Assembly: GCA_030040315.1 (NCBI GenBank)
Contig: JASHTY010000350.1
Span: 2,781 to 66,780, forward strand
Direction of reading: 5' to 3'
Length of the DNA stretch: 64,000 bases
From: Terriglobia bacterium
GTDB lineage: Bacteria; Acidobacteriota; Terriglobia; UBA7540
Shown here: in pieces, positions 1 to 8,028 of the stretch
Position numbering within the stretch: position 1 is the stretch's first letter
How the letters are laid out: each line of letters opens with the position of its first letter
Program-made: the position numbers and the translations under genes
Notes under the pieces: model-generated
Told to the model about the DNA's origin: nothing
Databases searched by the model: none
Seen by the model: only the letters and a program-made list of their open reading frames with translations

Positions 1-1
1 C

Positions 2-619
2 ATTTCCATGAAGCTTTGCCGCTATTTTATTTCCGAAACCCCACCCGCCTCGATTGTGGACAGCGCTGCCGGCACGTTTACCATGACGCAGGGCAATATT
101 CCCTCGGTTTTGCGGACGATTTTAACTTCCCGCGAGTTCAATTCGCCGGCGGCGTTCCGTGCCAAGGTAAAATCGCCTTTCGAGCTGGTCGCCAGCTCCT
201 TCCGCGCGCTCGATGCGGATTCCGACGCCGGCGCGCCGCTGATGGGAATGATCATGCGCATGGGGCAGCCGCTTTTCCAGTATCAGGCGCCCACCGGATA
301 CCCGGACCGCGCCAGCAGTTGGATCAATTCCGGCACACTTCTGGCCAGGATGAATTTCTCCATGTCGCTTGCCGCCAATCGCATTCGTGGAACGCAGATT
401 GATCTTCAGGCTCTCACGCCGGGCGACGATCACGAGGCGATTTGGGACCATCTGGTGCAGCGCACTCTGGGTGGAGAGGTTTCCGCAAACACTAAGGCAG
501 CGGTGATGAAGGGTTTGGAGGAAGTCGGAAACGGCGGCGCGGGCAAGCCGGGCGCGTTTCCGAAGACGTCGTTAGCGGCGGCGCTGCTGCTGGGTTCGCC
601 GGAGTTCCAGCGGCGGTAG
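2..619 (+). CDS. DUF1800 family protein, C-terminal part (5' end outside window)
   Basis: The frame is open from the window edge. The C-terminus ...AALLLGSPEFQRR is a typical DUF1800 ending. It is followed by its usual partner, a DUF1501 gene. Confidence 0.6.
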   Translation: MSMKLCRYFISETPPASIVDSAAGTFTMTQGNIPSVLRTILTSREFNSPAAFRAKVKSPFELVASSFRALDADSDAGAPLMGMIMRMGQPLFQYQAPTGYPDRASSWINSGTLLARMNFSMSLAANRIRGTQIDLQALTPGDDHEAIWDHLVQRTLGGEVSANTKAAVMKGLEEVGNGGAGKPGAFPKTSLAAALLLGSPEFQRR

Positions 620-803
620 CAGGATTTTAGCGCTGAGCCTCAGCTCAGCACATGGCGACCTGAGGGCCGGCGCCACGGTAGGAAGGAAACGCGTCAGGCT
701 TGACGTGTCAGGTGTCAGACGTAAATCCCGAGTGGTAGTGGCTGGGTTTTGCTGGCACCTGGCGCCTGAATCCTGACGCCCGGTCAATGGGAGCGAGGCA
801 CGC

Positions 804-2078
804 ATGGGCATTTCGCGGCGATATTTTCTGAGAACTTCCGGCCTGAGCCTTTTCGGAGCCGGACTCGTGCCCAGCTTTCTGCGCCGGGCGGCCTACGCGC
901 TGGAATCGCCGGGCGGCCGGAAAATTCTGGTCGCGATTTTTCAGCGCGGCGCCGCAGATGGACTGAACATCGTCATTCCATTCGGCGAAAAAAGTTATCA
1001 CTCTATGCGCCCCACCATCGCCATCCCTGAGCCCTCTAAAAGAAGCGAGAGCGCACCGAGCGCCATCGATCTCGACGGATTTTTCGGCCTGCATCCCAGT
1101 CTCTCTTCGCTCAAGCCGTTGTTTGACTCCCGTCAGTTGGCCATCATTCACGCCGCCGGCTCGCCGGACAGCACTCGCTCGCATTTTGATGCGCAGGATT
1201 ACATGGAATCGGCGACGCCGGGCGTGAAGTCCACCCCTGATGGTTGGCTGAACCGCTTTCTACAGGGAACGCCGGTCCCCGATGCCTCGCCGTTCCGTGC
1301 CGTGGCCTTTGCTTCATCCACGCCGCGCACCATGATGGGCTCGGCATCTTGCCTGTGCACGCAGGACCTGCAGGGTTTCCATCTGGCCGGCAATATTAGC
1401 CCGCAGACGCGCGGCGTTCAACTTGTGGAGACGGCGTTCGAAGAAATGTATGCCTCAGCGTCTGACCGGCTGCTCTCCAGCACGGCGCACGAAACGTTTG
1501 AGGCCATTTCCACGCTGCAACGAATCCAAATCGGCCAGTACCAGCCGGCAAATGGCGCGGAATATCCCAAGGGTCCGCTGGGAAAAAGTTTGCAGCAAGT
1601 CGCGCAGCTCATCAAATCCGATGCCGGACTGCAGGTTGCCTTTGCGGAAGCCGGCGGATGGGACAATCACGTGAACGAAGGCGGAGTGACCGGTCAACTC
1701 GCCAATCGCCTGAAGGAATTCGGCGATGCGCTCGCGGCGTTTCATAAAGACATGGGCGAGCAAATGGCCGACATTACCGTCCTTACCATGAGCGAGTTCG
1801 GCCGCACCGCACACGAGAACGGCAACCGCGGCACCGACCACGGCCATGCCAACGCCATGTTCGTCCTCGGCGGGCCTGTAAAGGGCGGTAAGGTCTACGG
1901 AGACTGGCCGGGGCTGAAAGACCATCAGCTCCACGAAGGCCGCGACCTCGCTCTGACCACCGATTTCCGCGACGTCTTCGCGGAAGTCGCCGTTCGCCAC
2001 CTGGGAGTGCAAGACCCCACCGGAATTTTCCCCGGCTACACGATTTCACCCAATCGCTTTCGCGGATTTCTGGGCTGA
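804..2078 (+). CDS. DUF1501 family protein (sulfatase-like fold) with Tat signal
   Basis: The N-terminus MGISRRYFLRTSGLSLFGAG is a twin-arginine signal. It has the AGGWDNH and GTDHGH motifs typical of DUF1501. Length is 424 aa. Confidence 0.8.
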   Translation: MGISRRYFLRTSGLSLFGAGLVPSFLRRAAYALESPGGRKILVAIFQRGAADGLNIVIPFGEKSYHSMRPTIAIPEPSKRSESAPSAIDLDGFFGLHPSLSSLKPLFDSRQLAIIHAAGSPDSTRSHFDAQDYMESATPGVKSTPDGWLNRFLQGTPVPDASPFRAVAFASSTPRTMMGSASCLCTQDLQGFHLAGNISPQTRGVQLVETAFEEMYASASDRLLSSTAHETFEAISTLQRIQIGQYQPANGAEYPKGPLGKSLQQVAQLIKSDAGLQVAFAEAGGWDNHVNEGGVTGQLANRLKEFGDALAAFHKDMGEQMADITVLTMSEFGRTAHENGNRGTDHGHANAMFVLGGPVKGGKVYGDWPGLKDHQLHEGRDLALTTDFRDVFAEVAVRHLGVQDPTGIFPGYTISPNRFRGFLG

Positions 2079-2113
2079 TAGTGCTTAAACCAGGAACCCT
2101 CCATACTTCCCCA

Positions 2114-2395
2114 TCAGGCAAGAGCTCGTCCCAACAGGCGCATTCCTGACTCCGTGACGGTCACCGGTATGTTAAAGTCCGTGTGCACCAGTCTGCGGCC
2201 GTCGGGGTTTAGGGCGGGAATTCTTGCCGTGGGGTATTTTGCCCTCAGCCACGCGACCATCTCGGCTCTGGCGTTATCCGGAGCGCGGTGAGGGACGGCA
2301 TCGCCGCAGATGATCGGTGATGTCCGTGCGGGATTCTGCCAGGCATCATCCGATGTTCCAGCACCCAATTTCGTATGGGTCCAAACCGCTGTCAA
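2114..2395 (-). CDS. hypothetical protein (weak call)
   Basis: A 93-codon ORF with a TTG start fills the gap between DUF1501 and the PPC gene. No motif was recognised. Confidence 0.2.
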   Translation of the reverse strand: MTAVWTHTKLGAGTSDDAWQNPARTSPIICGDAVPHRAPDNARAEMVAWLRAKYPTARIPALNPDGRRLVHTDFNIPVTVTESGMRLLGRALA

Positions 2396-2449
2396 ATCAT
2401 CTTGAAGTTAGACCGCCTGTCCATTAATTTCCCTACCAGAGGAGGACCA

Positions 2450-2938
2450 ATGAAGAATGCTATTGGGGTCGTGAGCGCAATACTAATCACCGGATGCGGA
2501 CTCGCCGCGGCGCAGACGGTGCCGGATGCGGTTAGCGTCAGCGCAGAGATCAAGCGCGTGGTGATCGTTCGATTGAAGTACGACGCCGACTTGCTGGACG
2601 GAATTCAGCAAGCGGTCAAAAACGAAAAAGTCAAGAACGCCGTCATCCTGAGTGGTGTGGGGTCCGTCAAGAGTTATCACGTTCACGCTGTGAACAACAC
2701 CACGCTTCCGGCAAAGCTGGCATACACGCAGCGCGACGGGCCGATGGACCTAATCGCGGTGAACGGCTATGTGCTGGATGGGAGAATCCACGCGCACGTC
2801 ACCATAACCGATGACCAGAAGGCCTTTGGCGGGCACCTGCACGAGGGCACCAAGGTCTTTACCTTCGCGATCGTCACCCTCGGCGTTCTGGACGACAATC
2901 TCGACCTCAGCCGCTTCGACGATTCCAGTTGGCGATGA
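2450..2938 (+). CDS. PPC/DUF296 domain protein with lipoprotein signal peptide
   Basis: An internal ATG gives MKNAIGVVSAILITGCGLAAAQ, with lipobox I-T-G-C. The body (VNGYVLDGRIHAHVTITDDQKAFGGHLHEGTKVFTFAIVTLG) resembles the PPC/DUF296 fold. Confidence 0.6.
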   Translation: MKNAIGVVSAILITGCGLAAAQTVPDAVSVSAEIKRVVIVRLKYDADLLDGIQQAVKNEKVKNAVILSGVGSVKSYHVHAVNNTTLPAKLAYTQRDGPMDLIAVNGYVLDGRIHAHVTITDDQKAFGGHLHEGTKVFTFAIVTLGVLDDNLDLSRFDDSSWR

Positions 2939-3484
2939 GTCAGCGGAATGCGCGTGAGCATCAGCCGATCGCCCCCGAACCCCGGCCGGGAGCACTCGGG
3001 CTGTCCACGGTTCGCCATGAGCCGGCGACCGAACGTTGGAAGGCTCTGCCAAGAGGTCGATCTTCTCCCCAGTCGCATCAACCACAATTTGCAGAAAGCT
3101 GAAGGACCACGTCCCGGCGCGTTTCTCCGCCATCAAGTACAGTTTCCCTGTGCCCTTGGGGCCGGAAATCGGGATTGTCAGCTTCGCTTCACCGAAATCG
3201 CCGGAAGTGTTGATAGACCCGCTCCTCCACCAGCCCGCTTGAATGGGTCCGCCGAGCCGTTGAATTACCTCCGGGCTCGACCGCGCCCGGGCGAGGGCCT
3301 GCTTCTCTACGTCAGAATTCTTAAAGAGAGACATCACCAAAAAAACCAAGCTGCCGATCGCGGCAATCACCAGAGCTGTCACGCCAGCCGCCAACCCCAG
3401 GACTAACTTCCAGTTCCGCGCCAGCCAACCCCGGGGCGGCGGGGCTGGTGGTTGTCCGGGCACAACGGGGCTCATCTGCGACAT
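2750..3484 (-). CDS. Coa1-like (cytochrome oxidase assembly factor 1 family) membrane-anchored protein with an unusually long C-terminal tail
   Basis: It has a Pro-rich N-terminus, one TM helix (LVLGLAAGVTALVIAAIGSLVFLV), then SSPEVIQRLGGPIQAGWW...LTIPISGPKGTGKLYLMAEKRAGTWSF, characteristic of bacterial Coa1-like proteins. The frame has no stop until 2750. Confidence 0.55.
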   Translation of the reverse strand: MSQMSPVVPGQPPAPPPRGWLARNWKLVLGLAAGVTALVIAAIGSLVFLVMSLFKNSDVEKQALARARSSPEVIQRLGGPIQAGWWRSGSINTSGDFGEAKLTIPISGPKGTGKLYLMAEKRAGTWSFSFLQIVVDATGEKIDLLAEPSNVRSPAHGEPWTARVLPAGVRGRSADAHAHSADSSPTGIVEAAEVEIVVQNAEGDDREGKDLGALVQVPAKGLLVIGYGDVRVDSPIQHIAVHRD

Positions 3485-3689
3485 CAGGGCTCCTATCCGG
3501 GCGCAATTATGCGGATGCCGGCGGGCGGCGTCAAATCAATCCTGGTCACTCGCGGTTGCTTTTCCCTGTGGTTTCATCGTATGCTCGTAGTGCTCTAGTC
3601 AGCAAAGCTAACCTTAGTTCTGTGGGGAGGACCCGACGGCTCGAGTCTTCAAGCCTTACGCACTCGCGTGTATTAGCGTCGCTTCGGCG

Positions 3690-5387
3690 TTGCTCCTGAC
3701 GCTGCTCGTTCCCCCTCTCCACGATCAGTTCAAATTCCTGATGTTCGCCGTCGCTGTCGCCATAAGCGCGGCAGGCGGAGTGTGGCCCGGGATATTTGCC
3801 ACGGCAGCAAGCGCCGCGCTGGCGGACTATTTCGTGCTTCCTCCTGTACACACGCTTATCGGATCGGATCCCGGCGATTTGACCAGGCTGGTTTTGTTCT
3901 GTGGCTTCAGCCTGGCGGTAACGTGGATTGCCGACCGCTTTCGCCGTTACGATGAAACGATTCGCATAGCCGCCGCAGTGGTGGAGTCATCGGCAGACAG
4001 CATTGTGCGGCAGGACTTGGAGGGCACAATCCTGAGCTGGAACAGAGCCGCCGAGGTGATATACGGTTACCCGGCGCGCGAAGCGATCGGCCGCCCGGTC
4101 AATCTGACCATTCCGCCCGGCCGCGTGGAGGAAATGCAGCAGTTGCTGGCGCGTGTGCGCAAGGGCGATTCCATCTGCAGCCACGAAACAGTGCGAATGC
4201 GCAAGGACGGCTCCATCATTGATGTGGCGCTGACCTTGTCGCCCGTCGAGGACCGCAAGGGGCGGGTGGTGGGAGTCTCCAGCATTTCGCGCGAAATCAG
4301 CGCCCACAAGCGCGCGGAGGAGGCACTGCGGAATTCGCTCACCATTCTGGAGCGGCAGGCAAACCACCTGAAGCTCCTGGCGGAAATGGGTGAGATGCTG
4401 CAAGTCAGTGCCAATGCCACCGACGCGTACGCCGTCACCGCCCGATTCGCGCAGAAGCTGCTTCCGGGAAGCTCGGGCTCACTGTTTGTCCAATCCGCAA
4501 CGCGCGGTACCCTGGAGCTGGCGCTTCGCTGGGGAGAACCCGTTGAGAGTAAGAGTGATTTCCTTGCCAACGATGACTGCTGGGGGCTGCGTACCGGCCG
4601 CGTGCACCTTGTGGAAGTCCCGGAACTCGGCCTGCTGTGCAGCCATCTGCCGAAGCCCGCGCCATCGTGGCTGATCTGCGCCCCCATGATCGCCCGCGGT
4701 GAAACGCTGGGCCTGCTCCACATGTGGATTGGCGCCGCTGCCCAGGCGGCCAAAGATGCGCCCATCCCGCACTCGCTGGATTTGACCTGGCCCGTTCGAA
4801 CCATGGCGGAACGTCTGGCCCTGACATTGTCAGATATGCGGTTGCGCGAAGCGCTGCGCGCCGAGTCGATCTGCGACCCGCTCACCGGCTGGTACAACCG
4901 CCGCCACATGGAGGAAGCTCTCGAGCGCGACATCTGCCGCGCAAACCGCAGCGGACGCCCGCTTTCGCTGCTGATGCTCGACATCGACAATTTCAAGGAT
5001 TTCAACGATGCCTTTGGGCATGAAGCCGGCGACGTGGCGCTGCAAAGCATGTGCCGGATGCTGAAGTCTCTGATTCGCAGTGAAGACGTCGCCTGCCGGT
5101 ACGGTGGCGACGAATTCGTTCTGATTCTCCCCGAATCTTCCGCTGAGTTCGCTCTGCAGAGGGGCGAAGAGATGCGCATCGCCGTCGGACAAACCGCCCT
5201 GCAATATCAGAGCCGCTGGTTGAAGCCCATGACGCTGTCCTATGGCATTGCCACGTTCCCCGAAGACGGCCGCACTTCCCACGACTTGCTGCGCGCCGCG
5301 GATTTTGCACTTCTACGGGGCAAGCGGCCCGAACGCGAACGCACCCGCCTGCGCGGCGAAGCTTCGGAATCCAGCGCGAAAGTCTAA
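3690..5387 (+). CDS. sensor diguanylate cyclase (DUF4118-like TM region, PAS, GAF, GGDEF)
   Basis: It has an RYGGDEF active site with an RSED (RxxD) I-site 5 residues upstream, and a PAS-like block (ILSWNRAAEVIYGYPAREAIGRPV). The start is TTG; an ATG alternative is at 3741. Confidence 0.9.
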   Translation: MLLTLLVPPLHDQFKFLMFAVAVAISAAGGVWPGIFATAASAALADYFVLPPVHTLIGSDPGDLTRLVLFCGFSLAVTWIADRFRRYDETIRIAAAVVESSADSIVRQDLEGTILSWNRAAEVIYGYPAREAIGRPVNLTIPPGRVEEMQQLLARVRKGDSICSHETVRMRKDGSIIDVALTLSPVEDRKGRVVGVSSISREISAHKRAEEALRNSLTILERQANHLKLLAEMGEMLQVSANATDAYAVTARFAQKLLPGSSGSLFVQSATRGTLELALRWGEPVESKSDFLANDDCWGLRTGRVHLVEVPELGLLCSHLPKPAPSWLICAPMIARGETLGLLHMWIGAAAQAAKDAPIPHSLDLTWPVRTMAERLALTLSDMRLREALRAESICDPLTGWYNRRHMEEALERDICRANRSGRPLSLLMLDIDNFKDFNDAFGHEAGDVALQSMCRMLKSLIRSEDVACRYGGDEFVLILPESSAEFALQRGEEMRIAVGQTALQYQSRWLKPMTLSYGIATFPEDGRTSHDLLRAADFALLRGKRPERERTRLRGEASESSAKV

Positions 5388-5435
5388 AGCTGCAATTTGA
5401 TCAAGCGTCGCAAAATCACTCCGGTTGCGCAAATG

Positions 5436-6455
5436 TCACGGGTGGGTCCGATTTTTGGACTCCGATGGAATCCATAGGACTCCCGAAACCGGAGAGGCCC
5501 GAGGCACGGCGTGGTAACCCTTTGACCCTACCAGGCGCGCAAGCGGGCTGCGGAAATCCTCCCCGTTCTTCAGACGATCGATTACAAACTGGAAATCGTA
5601 GCGGGGCCGCCAGCCCAGCTCCTCGCGCGCGCGGTCGTTCACATAGACTCGGTCCATGCTGGCGAGCATTTTCCAACCGCGGCGAAAGCAAATTGTTTGA
5701 TACTCCGGAAAAAGGTTGCGCACCATGCGTGCGGCGTCGGCCCGCACATCCTCCATGTCACCGGGGATGAAGGGCGTCGTTGCGCTGATGATGTATTTGC
5801 GAAAACCCAAGGCCGGCGCGCGATCCGCGGCCAGCAGGTGAACGCGCACCACGTCCGAAATCTCCACGCGGCGGAACAGAAACTCATTCACTTTAAGATT
5901 TTCATCCGCATAATCGGCGCGTGCGGCCGGATCGTCATCTTCCTCCGGAAAAAACCGCGACGTTCGCAGCACCAGGCAGGCAAGGCCGTGGTTCCGGTGA
6001 AACAATTCGCAAAGATCCTCGGCCGCAGCCTTGGTAACGCCGTAGATGTTCTTGGGAATGGGCACGACATCTTCCGTGATCCATGCGGCAGGAGTTCCGG
6101 GGGGCGGCATGAGCGCGTGCCCGAATACGCTCGTAGTGCTGGTAAATATAAACGACTCAACGCCTGCCGCCACTGCCTCTTCCAGAAGAGTAAGCGTGCC
6201 GGTCAGGTTGGTGTCAATAAAGTCCTGCGGGCCGTGCGTGTTAAGATGCGGCTTGTGCAGTGTGGCGGCGTGAAACACCACTCGCGCGCGCGCTATGCTT
6301 TGCCGCACGTGGGCACGGTCAAGGATTGAACCCACATGCGTCGTGAAGGGGCGGTCGAGCAGGTCGAGTCCGGCAACATCATGTCCAAGCATCCGCAGCG
6401 TGCGCACCAGCCCTTCGCCAAGATGCCCGGAGCTTCCTGTAACCAGAACTTTCAT
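5436..6455 (-). CDS. NAD-dependent epimerase/dehydratase family protein (SDR)
   Basis: The N-terminal Rossmann motif is MKVLVTGSSGHLGEGL, with a YGVTKAAAE (YxxxK) catalytic motif. Length is 339 aa. Confidence 0.85.
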   Translation of the reverse strand: MKVLVTGSSGHLGEGLVRTLRMLGHDVAGLDLLDRPFTTHVGSILDRAHVRQSIARARVVFHAATLHKPHLNTHGPQDFIDTNLTGTLTLLEEAVAAGVESFIFTSTTSVFGHALMPPPGTPAAWITEDVVPIPKNIYGVTKAAAEDLCELFHRNHGLACLVLRTSRFFPEEDDDPAARADYADENLKVNEFLFRRVEISDVVRVHLLAADRAPALGFRKYIISATTPFIPGDMEDVRADAARMVRNLFPEYQTICFRRGWKMLASMDRVYVNDRAREELGWRPRYDFQFVIDRLKNGEDFRSPLARLVGSKGYHAVPRASPVSGVLWIPSESKNRTHP

Positions 6456-6538
6456 GGCGGATTATCGATGCAGATGGATCAAGGGTGTCAGACTTTGAAT
6501 CTCGATTTCGATTCGCGACCCGCTATTCTCCGGTTCAC

Positions 6539-7909
6539 TCAGACAAGCAGCTTGTACTTCTCCGCCTTGCGATAAAGAGTCCTCCGGTCGATGCCCAGAA
6601 TTTCCGAAGTCTTCACCCTGTTTCCGCCGGTCACCTTCAATACGTGCGCCATGTAGCGCCGCTCGACTTCATCAAGCGAAGGCAGCTCGGCGTAAAGGTC
6701 CTCCGGGCGCTTCACCTCCGTCGAATCGGTGCGCACCTTCTCCGGCAGATCCTCCGGCACAATCACGCCTGTTCGGTTGAGCGCCGCGGCGGATTCCAGC
6801 GCGTTCTCAAGTTCGCGCACATTCCCCGGCCACGAATACACGGAACTCATCAGCACGGAGAGTGCCTGTGGTGAAATGGTGAGCGCATGCTCCCGATCGT
6901 GCCCCATCTTCTTCAGAAAGTGTTCAACCAGCAGGGGAACGTCATCCAGGCGCTCGCGCAGCGGCGGGATGTCGATTTCAATAACTCGCAGGCGGTAGTA
7001 AAGGTCCTGGCGGAACTTCCCTTCCTCAACGCACTCCCCAAGATTGCGATTGCTGGCGGCGATGATGCGCACGTCCACCTTAACCACTTCATTGCTGCCG
7101 ATGCGGCGCACTTCCTGCTCCTCGAGCGTGCGCAGGACTTTCACCTGAAGGCCCGGGCTCATCTCGCTGACTTCGTCCAGAAAAACCGTCCCGCCGCTCG
7201 CCTCTTCAAAAATCCCGCGCTTGTTCACCATGGCGCCTGTAAAAGAGCCGCGGACGTGGCCGAATAGTTCTGTCTCCAAAAGGGTTTCGGTAAGGGCGCC
7301 GCAATTCACGGCGTAAAAGCACTGCTCGGCGCGCGGACCGTTGTAGTGGATGGCCTTCGCGACCAGCTCCTTGCCCGTTCCGCTCTCGCCGCAAATCAGC
7401 ACGGTGGAGCGCGAGTCAGCCACCATGGCAATCTTTTTGTAAATCTCCAGCATCTTGGCCGAATTCCCCACCAGGCTGGAAAGTTGCGCCTGCGCGCCCA
7501 GTTGCCGCTTCAAATTGCGATTCTCGCGCAACAGCTTGCGATTGCCCAGTGCGCGCTGAACCTGCAACAGAACTTCGTCAATCTTAAAGGGCTTCGAAAT
7601 GTAATCGAACGCGCCCGCCTTCACTGCCTCAATGGCCGTCTCCATGGAACCAAAGGCGGTAATGAGGATAACTTCTGACTCCGGCTGAAGGGTCTTATAG
7701 GCGCGAAGGACGTCCAGTCCGTTCAGGTCCGGCCCCAAGCGCATGTCGCTGATGATCACGTCAAAAAGCTCGCGCTGGCCGATTTCCGTGGCATCCTCAC
7801 CGCTGCCCGAGGTGTTGACGCGATAGCCCTCATCGCTAAGAACCTCGCGCAGCAGCTCGCGCGTGTCCGCGTCGTCGTCGACCACCAGAATGTTGGCGCT
7901 GTTATCCAT
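6539..7909 (-). CDS. sigma-54-dependent response regulator (NtrC family)
   Basis: It has a receiver domain (DVIISDMRL), AAA+ Walker A GESGTGKE, a GSFTGA loop (GAFTGA variant), and a C-terminal Fis-type HTH (TSEILGIDRRTLYRK). Confidence 0.93.
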   Translation of the reverse strand: MDNSANILVVDDDADTRELLREVLSDEGYRVNTSGSGEDATEIGQRELFDVIISDMRLGPDLNGLDVLRAYKTLQPESEVILITAFGSMETAIEAVKAGAFDYISKPFKIDEVLLQVQRALGNRKLLRENRNLKRQLGAQAQLSSLVGNSAKMLEIYKKIAMVADSRSTVLICGESGTGKELVAKAIHYNGPRAEQCFYAVNCGALTETLLETELFGHVRGSFTGAMVNKRGIFEEASGGTVFLDEVSEMSPGLQVKVLRTLEEQEVRRIGSNEVVKVDVRIIAASNRNLGECVEEGKFRQDLYYRLRVIEIDIPPLRERLDDVPLLVEHFLKKMGHDREHALTISPQALSVLMSSVYSWPGNVRELENALESAAALNRTGVIVPEDLPEKVRTDSTEVKRPEDLYAELPSLDEVERRYMAHVLKVTGGNRVKTSEILGIDRRTLYRKAEKYKLLV

Positions 7910-7930
7910 AAAACGCGGTGAAAAGTACTT

Positions 7931-7998
7931 TCACCACAGAGCACACAGAGGACCACAGAGATGTTTTCCTCTGTGCACCTCCGTGAACTTTGTGGTGA
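7931..7998. repeat. 68-nt imperfect inverted repeat (30-nt arms, 8-nt loop) in the kinase-regulator intercistronic spacer
   Basis: Left arm is 7931-7960 tcaccacagagcacacagaggaccacagag. Loop is atgttttc. Right arm is 7969-7998. By hand alignment 24 of 30 positions are complementary, and CACAGAG occurs three times in the left arm. Confidence 0.75.
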
Positions 7999-8028
7999 CC
8001 GCTCTTTCTTTCGTCCCAGGCCCGCGCG

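Noticed and set aside
4067-5179. 370-codon minus-strand ORF antisense to the diguanylate cyclase gene
   Set aside because: It lies entirely inside a gene with clear PAS/GAF/GGDEF motifs. Its product is an Arg/Ser/Ala/Pro-rich low-complexity string, typical of shadow ORFs in high-GC DNA.
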